Assembly (NCBI RefSeq): GCF_964355755.1
Contig: NC_092678.1
Coordinates: 8,076,422 to 8,140,421 of the forward strand
Length of the DNA: 64,000 bases
Origin: Antedon mediterranea
Taxonomy: Eukaryota > Animalia > Echinodermata
Direction of reading: 5' to 3'
The position numbers were made by a program, and so were the translations under genes. Under the pieces are notes generated by a model. That model ran no database searches and was not told where the DNA came from. It worked only from the letters and a program-made list of their open reading frames with translations. Every line of letters starts with the position of its first letter. Positions within the stretch are counted from its first letter, which is position 1. Below are positions 13,641-25,200 of this stretch, one piece after another.

Positions 13641-14287
13641 CGGTTATATAATAAAAGGACTCCCCTATCTTTATATTCTCCCAAATTATCTACAAACATT
13701 GTCACACACTAGATTAAAGAGTAAATTAGTTTTCAAACCATAATATTACTGTACCTCCTGTGATAAGCATTGAAAATAGGAAGAAAACAACATCTTGAAA
13801 AAAAATATTAACAATTCAATAGTAGTAAATGATGTATTGTCGACTGTGTATAATTTCAGCCAATCAACACCAGCAAAATCACCTTTCTTTGACTTGTTTC
13901 AAAATTAACTGCCTTGTCTATTTAGCCAATCAACTGTCTACAATGCTATCAACCAATCAACAGTCTATGATTTTGTGTTTCAACCGGCCAATCAACTGTC
14001 TTTAACTTTGTCACACAATTAGCTCTTCATACTTTTGTCAACCAATCAGCAGTGTGACTATCAAACTATAACTTGATTCAATCAAATCAGCCAATCAATT
14101 GTCTGTAATTTTGTCAACCAATCAACTGTTTACGATTTTGTCGGACAACCAACCAACCAATAACAATTCAATACAGTATGTACAGATACAAAACATAATC
14201 GTCAATCTTTAGAACATTGACTTTCATAAATGCTGTAAAACGCTTAACAGTAATACTAAAATATATGATCTTATATTTATATCTTAC

Positions 14288-14402
14288 CATATATTGTTGT
14301 CCTTGTGGCCATGTCGTTGTTGACGTCGTCTGTTGTGGGGCCCAATTAGTGCCACCTGTCTTCATATTCTTGGAAGGGTTTTTGGTCCATTGGTGATCGG
14401 CT
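14288..14402 (-). CDS. PICALM: Exon of a PICALM/AP180 (LAP/UNC-11) family clathrin assembly protein
   Basis: ADHQWTKNPSKNMKTGGTNWAPQQTTSTTTWPQGQQYM resembles the conserved CALM motif W....KKLTGGSNWQPK..PTT.W...M; attttcag acceptor, ATG|gtaag donor. Confidence 0.75.
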
Positions 14403-15553
14403 CTGAAAATTATCAGTAAACATTTATTGTCCCCCAAAAACATGAAAAATGAAGATTAATAAAATCAGACTTTGAATAATTTATTTTGTATTTGTAGTTT
14501 TAAAAAAGTTAATTACTTCCATTGCGAAAAAGAACTGAAAAAATGTTTTCACTTGTAAAATAACAAAATAAATTCAACCAAAAATTTCAGCAAATTTGAC
14601 TATTTTTGGCATTAAATTACATTTTTTTCTGGTAAATAAATGTTGTTTCGATCCGACTATTATGTGACATTAAAATGGCATATTCGACATATTCTATTCT
14701 ATACAAAAATGTTAAAAAATTATTTTTTTATGGGGGACAATATATTTCATGATATATATCAATAAATTAGATGATGTTTTATTTTTTTATATATTGATTT
14801 TCTAAAATTTATTTTCCAAAAGTAAATAATGTTCTTATAGTTATACTAGATGTTGCATTAACACAGATAGAAACAATTACAATGAACCAGCCAATCAAAC
14901 ATCATTAATTTTGTCAAATATGCGTCTATCTTCCAATGAAGTACCTACAACTTTTTTTGATCAACTAGCCAATAAACTCTCTTTTAAGTTTTGTCCTCTA
15001 TTTGGCTCTTTACACATTAGTCAACGAATCAATTGTCTATTTAAATTTTGTCCATCTTTCAATCAACTATCTTTTACTTGTTTCAATCTACCAGCCAATC
15101 AACTGCCTATTATTAAGCCAACCAATCAACTGTCTACAATTTTGTCCAACAACCAAATAACCAATCAGATTTAAATCCGTATGTACAAAATTGAATCGTC
15201 AATCTCAATTCTCAATTTCTTATCAATGTTGAGAAACAATTACCACTAAAATATTCATTATTAGTAATTCTTTATGTTTTCCATGAAATAAGTCATGCAT
15301 CATAATGAAACTAACATTGGATAGATAGAAAGAAATAATGCATAAGTGAGATTGCTTGGATAGGATGAGGAGGGGGTGTGGGAGAAGATTGGGAAGAGAA
15401 GTTTATTTTATTTTATTTAATTACTAATTTTACATTTATGCAAATTGTGCATTATTTGATTTTGTTTATCTTTATAAATTCTAATTTTAATTTAATTGTT
15501 TACAATCAGTGAGAATTGTTACATGTTTATGTCTTGTCATATTGCATTTTTGT

Positions 15554-15625
15554 GAGGGTCCCTAATGATCAGCTTCGGCTGGATGGACCACCCTCGTAAA
15601 ATAATGTTGAAATAAAACAAAAATA
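15554..15625 (+). mobile_element. Probable 3' tail of a CR1/L2-type non-LTR element (stem-loop plus A-rich end)
   Basis: GAGGGT..CAGC-TTCG-GCTG..ACCCTC hairpin followed by AAATAAAACAAAAATAA. Confidence 0.35.
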
Positions 15626-15702
15626 AGTGTAGAGTACACACATTTCTAAGAGGTGTAAATATCTGATTTTGAAATTAAGAGTCAAAGGTCATATAAAATT
15701 AC

Positions 15703-15864
15703 TTTTCGGTGTTCCACCTTTCATATTTAGATTAGTGGCTAGATGTGCCAATGTGGAATCAATATCCTTGCTTGTTCCATTTGAAACAAGATTTTCTGCG
15801 GGGGGTGTTGGTTCTATTCTCTTGTTCATCGGCTGCATAACCTCTCCGAGTAATTCAGCTCCGC
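15703..15864 (-). CDS. PICALM: Exon of a PICALM/AP180 family protein
   Basis: GAELLGEVMQPMNKRIEPTPPAENLVSNGTSKDIDSTLAHLATNLNMKGGTPK resembles CALM LGGLLKP...DLDSSLANLVGNLGI; tttcag acceptor, gtaatt donor, 162 nt. Confidence 0.8.
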
Positions 15865-16884
15865 CTGAAATTTATCAATATGAAATCATTTTTTATTTTG
15901 TTAATTATTATATTAGTTTTCAGACAGCATTATACTTATTATAACACAGTGCTCGTAATAATATTCATAATACATTTTAATATCTAGTTTAATATCTAGT
16001 TTAATATACTGCAAGCTCACAGGCAAAAAATAACAACAGAGGGCAGCACATACATAGTACATTTGAGATAGAGGATTAAAGATAATCATATGTACTATTA
16101 TCTCTAATACACAACGTAAATTGATTTTGCATGCCTGGGAAATTAAACACGAGACAAGATCTTGAAATGGTAAGAAGGTTTTGACAATTATACTGCCCCC
16201 ACATAGGCTTAACTTGTGTAAATCAAACAAGAGAGGGCAGCACATACATAGTACATTATTGTAAATAATCTCTAAATGTACGTAAATTGATTATGCAGGC
16301 CTGGCAAATTAATAACGCATGAATGCTTAACATTCTTAATAGAACATTCTGAACACAATAAACACTAAATGAACTAAAAAATGTTATTAAAAATTGTTAA
16401 AATTCAACAAAATATAAGATAACATGACAGAAATTAAAATTTGTATTGGATTCAATGCAAGAAATGATACATTTGTGTAAATACTTTATTTGTCACTCAT
16501 GTCACACATAAAATAAACAATAAAATGTGACAAAAAATTCCAAAATTAATTAGCTTTTGCTACTCGAGTTTTGGCCTTTAAAGTAAAATGCATTTGTTTG
16601 GCAATACAGTAAACATCATTAGTTAAAGTATTCATTTTTTGTTTAGAATGACCCGTTCTTTGAATTGCTTAAAAAAAAAAATCTCATTTTAAAGTTGAAC
16701 TTGAATTAGTCCATGGGCTGGAGGGGGTTACCGTGCACCCCCCACACAGTTAAACTTCTTTGGTATCATTTTCTTCCCACGGGCATATAGAGTGAAAAAA
16801 TCGATGTTAACAAGAAAAATATAGGGATGCATTGTATGTACTTGCGTCATTTGTAATGATCATCAGTGTTTTATCTTCAAATAT

Positions 16885-19880
16885 TTTTTGGGGTAGGGGG
16901 TAACATTTATCCTAATAACCCACGAATAAAACATCTAATTAGTATTATCTTGGTACCATTGTGTAGCATACATTTTTAAATCTTAAAAAAATTAAATAAA
17001 ATTAATCGGACGATTATTAAGGTCACTAGAGGTCAAAAGGTTATGACCTTTTGCAAAAATGCAAATTTTTCCCAAAATATAGATAAATTTCAATATCGTA
17101 TCTACAATTTTCAATATTTTTTATCTTAATTGTGTTTTACTTGTACTTATTGACATATTGAAAAAGAAAATATATGTTAACAAGATAAAAATTGCAGTTC
17201 ATTATATACAAATTGTTATTCTTTATTCTTAAAAATTGCAATAAAAATACATTTTTTGGGGTAGGGGGTAACATTAATACCAATAACCCAAGAATCAAAC
17301 ATCTAATTAGTATGATCTTGGTGTCGTTGTGTAGCATACATGTTTTATAATCAAATAGAATTTGAATACAATTAATCGAACCATGTTTAAGGTCAGTAGA
17401 GGTCAAAAGGTCACTGACCTTTTGCAAAATTGCAAATATTTGCCATAATGAGATAAATTTCAATATCAAATCTCCAATTTTCAATATTTTTTATTATAAT
17501 TGTGTTTTACTTGTGTTTACTGACATATTGAATAACAAAATGTGTGTTAACATGAAAACAATTACAGAGTATTAATACCATTGTCATGTAATTTTTGTTA
17601 TTCTTCAAAATTGCAATAAAAAGACATTTATGGGGTAGTGGGTAACATTAATACCAATAACCCAAGAATTAAACATCTAATTAGTACGATCTTGGTATCA
17701 GTATGTTGCATATGTGTTTTTTAAATCATGTAGAATTTAAATAAAATTTATCGAATGATTACTAAGGTCAGTAGTGGTCAAAAGGTCACTGACCTTTTGC
17801 AAAAATGTAATTTTTTGGCAAAATGAGATATTATTTCAAAATCAGATCTCAAATTTTCGATATTTTTTTACTTGAATTGTCTTTTACTTGTGCTTACTAA
17901 CATATTGAATAAGAAAATGTGTGTTAAGATAAAAAAAATTGCAGTACAATGTATAAAATTGTCATTTTTTAATTGTTAAAAATTGCAACAAAAAGACATT
18001 TTTGGGGTAGGTTTTTGGGTAGCGGGTAACATTTATAAGAATAACTCAAGAATCAAACATCTAATTTGTATGTTCTTGGTATCATTGTGTAGCATTTTGT
18101 TTATATTTTTAGTAATATAGAATTTGAATAAAATTAATCGAACGATTATTAAGGTCAATGGAGGTCAAAAGGTCACTGACCTTTTTAAAAAATGCACATT
18201 TTTGACAAAATTAGAGAAATTTCAATATCTGTTACAGCTTGAGTACGACTCATTTGTCGTCCCATACTTTATTTTTAAATTACTTTCTTGCTTCTCATAC
18301 TCATGTTACCGAGTAGCGAGGTTACTGTGTTGTTTTCTCCGAAAGTGAGCAGTCACACCATCCATGTTTCATTCCAAAAGGCATAGTCACAGATAGATGT
18401 ATGTTTTTATATGCTTTTAATTATTATCATACATTTAATTAATAACTTAGGAATCATATGACGTAAGATTTAGTATTTGTAACTTTATAGTTTTCTTTAT
18501 TTTGTAAGTTTAAGTTTCGATCATCCTTGATTGATACCATCCATTGTGTACAGCATTATGCTAGCCTAAAAGATGCGATTAGCGCTGTTCGCCCGACTAT
18601 AATAATATAGATTAGTTGGAAGCTTTTAATTATATTATAACTTTATATATTATGATTGACATTCATCGTATTCTGTGGTAGATTTACCCACGATATTGTA
18701 GTTTATGTGATCAACATTTTAGTAGTTCATGTGTAGTTAGTTTAGCTATGTAATTGGAAACTTATATTTCAATATAGAATTCTTCATGGATAGACCAGGG
18801 AGTTGTTATTACTCCCTGGATAGACCATGTGAGTTATCACGACGGCGTGCAGAATTATGTTCGTTACGCTTGACTGAGCACAAGTAGTGCGCAGCTGCAG
18901 AATAGGCCAATAAGATTGTTTATATGTTATATAAATGAATTGACTATAGAAATCATCAGTATGTACAATACAGTGCTTTAATAATTAGTATTTTGATGCT
19001 AATTCTTGTTTATTTTTTCTATTAAATTTCAGTTAAAACCGTTTGACACAATAACGCGTTACAAGTTTCTGTTATTTGCCTTTTACACGTGACTGGAGGT
19101 CACAATATCAGATCTCCAATTTTCGATATTTTTTTATTTGAATTGTGTTTTAATGTGCTTACTAACATATTGAAAGAAAATATATGTTATCAAGATAAAA
19201 ATTGCAGTGCACTATATACAAATTGTCATTTTTGTATTCTTAAAAATTGCAATAAAAATACATTTTTTGGGGTAAGGGGTAAGAATAACCCAAGAATCAA
19301 ACATCTAATTAGTATGTTCTTGGTATCGTTGTGTAGCATTTTGATTCTTGGGTTATTCTTATACATGTTACCCACTACCCCAAAAATGTCTTTTTATTGC
19401 AATTTTTAAGAATTAAAAAATGACAATTTTTATACAATGTACTGCAATTTTTTATCTTAACACACATTTTCTTATTAAATATGTTAGTAAGCACAAGTAA
19501 AAGACAATTCAAATAAAAAAATATTGAAATATTGAGATCTGATATTGAAATTTATCTAGTTTTGTCAAAAATGTGCATTTTTTAAAAAGGTCAGTGAACT
19601 TTTGACCTTAATAATCATTCTATTAATTTTATTTAAATTCTATATTACTAAAAATGTAATTAAAATTCTACACAACGATACGAAGAACATAATAATTAGA
19701 TGTTTGATTTTTGGGTTATTCTTATCAATGTTACCCGCTACCCTAAAACCTACCCCAAAAATGTCTTTTTATTGCAATTTTTAACAATTAAAAAATGACA
19801 ATGTACTGCAATTTTTTATCTTAACACACATTTTCTTATTCAATATGTTAGTAAGCACAAGTAAAAGACAATTCAAATAA
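16885..19880. repeat. ~375-bp satellite-like array: about 4.3 forward units then about 1.5 inverted units
   Basis: Unit marker TTTGGGGTAG at about 16886, 17254, 17630, 18001 and 19265; reverse-complement copies from 19340 to 19880. Confidence 0.9.
18230..19104. mobile_element. Solo LTR, BEL/Pao-like
   Basis: TGTT...CACA ends with a 5-bp TSD ATATC (18225-18229 and 19105-19109). Removal restores the satellite unit TTTCAATATCAGATCTCC. Confidence 0.75.
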
Positions 19881-20411
19881 ATAAATTTTAACTTAAAAAT
19901 TATGATAAGTTTTTTTGTTTCGTTTTCTTTCTGTTTTTATATTTGTACTATTATTGTTGCTCTTTTGGCGCTCCATAGAAACAAAAACATTGAGCATGGG
20001 GCCGGAGCTCGAGGAGTTACATTACAGTAGACAAAGAAACACGTCATGGGAAAGGATTTATTTATTTGTTATTATGTGTTTCTCCTTCTGAAAGTACTTA
20101 TAAGTCCTAATTTTAAAGTGTGGTATTCAGGATAAAGTTAGTCAACAAATTTGGAGTCAAAATACAAGAAAGGCAGGTGCGTAAGAAAAACATCCTCTGA
20201 ACCAACACATTGGAGTAAACATACCAACAAACAACCCGTCAAGTTTGTTTGTTGTAAAGAAAAAATATACATTTACTCAACGGGCGAAAATAATGTGAGT
20301 TTATCTATGTTTTGCGGTAGTATTAAATTATATTTATGGTAATAAATGAAACCTACTGTGTTTAAAATTATGTATGGATAAACAAGTATTGTTTTTAAGC
20401 TTTAGTATATC

Positions 20412-20505
20412 TTAGAATTTGTAATCTTAGGTCTTGGGTCTTAGCTTTCGTGATCTTAGGTCTTAGGGGGTCTTAGCTTTCGTGGTCTTAGGTTTCGTGA
20501 CACCC
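20412..20505. mobile_element. Single terminus of a tandem-repeat-TIR DNA transposon (MULE/foldback-like)
   Basis: Repeated TCTTAGG/TCTTAGCTTTCGTG motifs ending TTTCGTGACACCC. Confidence 0.4.
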
Positions 20506-20516
20506 TTACATAAAAA

Positions 20517-20826
20517 TATGAAAATATCAATCCGTGCGCGATATATATTGGGATTTATAATGGGCCGCTAAAATTATTAGAATCGACTTATTTTTCACAT
20601 TTTTAACTGTTTAAAGACGAAAAAATATCACAATAGGTCCATATAATATTTATTTTTACATAAAATGTAGTTGTGTAAGGTCCTTAAATTAGGTCAAAGA
20701 AACGTAGGCCTCGTGTCTTTAATTACTGTCTGGAGAATCTAATTTTTAAATTTACATTGTTTTATTTTGATCAAATAAACTACTAGACTTTGTTTGAAAT
20801 TTAAAGTTCAGATCTTGATCTGGCTT
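20517..20826 (-). repeat. Inverted copy of the 6598-6882 repeat
   Basis: Ends ...AAAGTTCAGATCTTGATCTGGCTT, the same outer boundary as the left copy. Confidence 0.85.
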
Positions 20827-21589
20827 ACGGAAGTTGCCATCTTCCATTTTCCTGCTACTGTACTACTTCTTTTTTATATATAGGATATCAGAATGTTTGT
20901 AAATGTTAACAATGCATGACAGCATTAGACATTGAATTTCATTATGTTATTTCCATAAACTCTTTAATACCTTACTTTATGCTGTAAGCATCGCTCTATG
21001 CTCTTACAGGAAGATAAACTGAAACAATATTTATTTCGCTTACCTGATAACTAACGAACTCCTGATTTCACAGAATAATGCAAAATATTTAATAACTATA
21101 GGTGAATGAATGGGTTTATTTTGATGGATCTTTTATCTTTATAAAAGAAAACTAATAAAAATCTGGCCTACAGTAGCTGCTTTAAACCAACCAGAAATAG
21201 GTAAAAATCAGGAGGCGATAGAGAAATACTTACATTAACATTTTTACTAAACAGTCCTTTCCAAATAATGGTGCATATTGATAACGTTCAGTCCATACAC
21301 AAATTCATCATTAGTGTGCCGCTGATGAAATATTTATTTTCCTCATTTTGACAATGTGGTATGGAAGAACATAGGATAACTACCAAAACCGCAAATGGTA
21401 GTCATCTAATATTATATGACGTTTGTCATGAAAATCATGAATCATGAAGTACTGCAGGTACTGTATTTTGGGATATATTTTTTTCTTTTTTGCTTCTGCT
21501 GCAGAATCCAATTTAAAAACATTCACCTGCTCGGCGGTAATGCTGAGTGACTGTGAAGTCTAATACTTACAGCAGCGATTTCAAGTTAC

Positions 21590-22064
21590 GCGAGGTGACC
21601 GCTTACGGGAGGTTCTGACGATAGAGGGCCAAAATCACGTATTATGGCTATGCACAATATTTTTCGGCATTCTTAACGCAACAGGCCTCTTCCCTATATT
21701 CTCCAGCTGATTGTATTTTATTGTTTATGACCGGGTGGTTTATTATTATTTATGATTTTCAGACAAATTGGTCAGTCAAAATCTGTGTAGTTTTCTCATA
21801 GCATCTAAAAAACACAGGAATGTTCTTCACAGAAATATATTTAAAACCGCTTCGAAATAAAGCTACTGTAATATAATAATTAATATATAATATTACCATA
21901 CAAAAATCTAATTTGTAGTAAAATTTAAAAAAAAGTGGCTGACGCCGTGGCTGCTTACCGGGGGTATAGCCGCTTACAGGAGGTATCAAATGCACTAATT
22001 AATTAGATACGAAGAATAAACAAGCTTTTGAAAGTGGGAGGTGGCCGCTCAGGAGGTTGAACTG
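21590..22064 (+). mobile_element. Right end of a pogo/Tigger-like element
   Basis: GGTGACCGCTTACGGGAGGTTC, GCCGCTTACAGGAGGT and terminal GTGGCCGCTCAGGAGGTTGAACTG, inverted relative to 669-695. The flanking TA is not preserved. Confidence 0.5.
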
Positions 22065-22231
22065 GTGTGTAGATGCAAAAGTATTGTAACGTTTTTAGAT
22101 TAGGTCACGTTAAGAACCTCCGGGTTCGGCAGCAGGTGTGTCCCACCGACTTATCTAGTTGGTCTACGTCAAAATAATCAAATAAAAGACTACACAATAA
22201 ATCCGGTTCCAATTGCTTTATTCAAAATTCA

Positions 22232-25200
22232 TAGTCCAAGAGCATTAGTTCATAAGTATAGGCAGACCCGGACATTTCTGGTAACAAGCTAATTTTTTCA
22301 GGAAAGGTCCAGAACTATGATTGGAACATCATACTAAAAGTCCTGAAAAATCCTCCTTGTGCTCTCCGAGAAATTCAAGATGGCCTCCAAAATGGTTTCC
22401 ATTTTAATTAGTCTATAACTTTGTAACCGCTTGTCATAGAGTATTGATTTTGGTGTCAAATAGTTCACAGTATATACTTTCCTATTTGCTCTAACAGAAA
22501 ATTTTGTAAAAAAATGGACGCTACTACAGTTTCTGGTAGTTTGACCTTTGACCTGGTCTTATCATATCTCGGTAATGGCTTGTCATAGAGAATTGAGATT
22601 AGGCCCAAATTGTTCAGAACATGCATATTTATATTTGGTGTAATAAAATATTTTATCTCAAAATGAACGGAAGTGAGGTTATTGACCTCTTATTGACCTA
22701 TTAAAATATCTTTTACCGTATCTCAAGAAATATTTACCGTATAACGTTACTTTTGGTGTCAAATTGTTTGGAACCTATACATTTCTATTTAGTCTAATAC
22801 AACATTTTGCCCTAAAATACTCGAAAGTAAGTTAAATTATTGAAAATTAAACAAATCAAAGAGCTGCATAGTCAATAACTAAGTTGGTTAATTAAAAAAA
22901 AAAATGGGTTATTCCACAACAAGCGTTACATTTTATTGGGTAGTTGAAGAGTGTTTTGTTGTTTTCAACAATAACCTTGAGGGTAAATTTTACTTTGATA
23001 GAACAAAGAATATCGGTAACACTTGTTACAAAAAATGGACATGAACTAAAAACAGGGAAACGTAAATTCTCATACTAGTTATGGTTGAAATGTTATTGCT
23101 ACAAAATGTCACCCATATGTAGATGTCATGAATACATTTTAAATGCTTTATTCGTCTTTAACTCGCGTTACATACGCGAATTAGTGCTTTGTTGAAATCA
23201 CGTCGTTGTTTTTGTTATTTTATTATTTTTGTTCATAAAAGTATAACTTTTATGTAATTTAGGAAATGTATAGACTTTATGAACTCACACTCACGTCATA
23301 TTGCGAATTTTGGACAAAAAGTGTTTTGAGAGCGCTTTTGATTTAAACATTAGCGCGAGCCTATCTTTACCGCTGAGAATTGTATTGAGAAACCCGAAGA
23401 CTTCACGCGAGCGAGGCGAACTGACTAAGAACATTATTACTATAGATTTTCACTTCATACACGCTTATTATTGAACAATAGTTAGTATAAATATCTGCTA
23501 GTTAATTAGAGACATTCGATGTTACTAAGAATACTAAAGAAATTACTTATAATACAAATTTAAAAGATTTATAACGATTATAGTTTAGGTAACATTCGCC
23601 CATTAACAATGAAAACAAACAAATCCTGCGTAGGAAATCGCGGAACTCTAAAAACTTTGTTTTAATATCACGCTAAAATTGTTTCCGAATTTTTAAATAC
23701 ATATTTGTAAATATTATGTTAAATTTCAATATCTTTACTTTTAATCCTCAAAAAATCAAAATGTTGATATTTTTTAAAAGAATTTTATGATCATTTGAAA
23801 TCGGGTATATTTACTATCGATCGCGCTCCGCCGGTGCCCGAGTAGGTGTGTACGCGTCGCTTTTGCAGGCTCTATTCCCAGTAGCGAGTTTCGGTCGCGC
23901 TAACATAAGCAATGTTTTCTGCATTTACATGCATTAGGGGTAAATTATGTTTAATTGTTTTTACCGCATAACAAAATTCCCAAATTTATTTCTTTTCTTG
24001 CCTAACCGTTTCTGTCACCCTAAAATCAAATGCTTTAACTGCATAATTTTAAGCGACAATAATATACAAATAGGCCTACTATAATTTGATCACTTCTGCG
24101 CAATACTTTAAAGTTGTTGTATACAATTATTTTAAGAATATAAATAAAAACACACAGAAACTAATAAAATGGCAACTAATTGAAAAGTCAAACTCATTTA
24201 TTTCATCAATTAAATATTTGAAAAAAATCAAATCAAGTAAGGTACTGCTGTGTAGGCCTTAAATATGATTACTGTATTTTTTTAGTTTTAATTTGTATAA
24301 TGACCTAGGCCTAATAATATAGTACTAACAACATGTTTATTTCTAAAGGCAAGAATAACAAACAGCTTATTTATTTACCTTCAATATTAAATCTATGAGA
24401 AACCTCAATTATGAGAATCATTTAAATTTCTGTCACCGTACATTTCATTATAATGAAAACCTTTAATTTAAAAGACATTTAATTAATAAGAGCTGGTCAA
24501 ATTTTTTTTAATGTCAACATGCTGTCCATAAATAGCCGCTTTCAAGTGATGCAAATGTTTTCTGGAGTCAAATCCTATAAAAAATATAGAAATATAAAAA
24601 GTATGTTAATTTAAATATGTATTTGAAAGATGGGCTAGAGGTATAGGCCTACTGCATGATAAATTAGGCTGAAAAACCTAGCATGTGGTCTTAGGACTAC
24701 TACAAGGCCTAGCTTGTTGTTTTAAATCCCATAAAACGTTTGAATTTAATACAAGTACAAAATCTAATTTATATAGAGTTGTAAAGTGTGGTACATTCAG
24801 TACATTAATTAAAATAAATGAGAATGGGGCCTAATATTAATAAATAAACATGTAAAAAAATTGGCCTAAACGACTACGTGTGTATCTTATACGCATTGAT
24901 TAACACGCAGTACGCGTTGGACCATCAAGGCTAGGCCCAGCTTCGCACAAACCACCGTTATACATGTGATTTGTTTACCTATTTCAATCGCCATTTAAAA
25001 AATACCTGAAAATATCAACATGCCCATTTTTTGTCAAACGAATATTTACCTTACATAGTAACTTTTTATTTAGTCACTCGTTTACTCAAAAATTGAGGAA
25101 TTTTTTTATGGTCTCGTAAAAATGTACAATATTATTATTGATAAAAACCGTATAAAATCTAACAAAAAGAAGAGCAAATTCAATGATTACCTGACACGAT

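Noticed and set aside
15565-15590. ATGA...GA hairpin as a SECIS element
   Set aside because: The stem is too short, there is no apical AA motif and no linked UGA-containing ORF.
21040-21330. Minus-strand exon-like segments with gtaag donors as further PICALM exons
   Set aside because: They contain stops or show no recognisable similarity; they may be non-coding exons of a TE.
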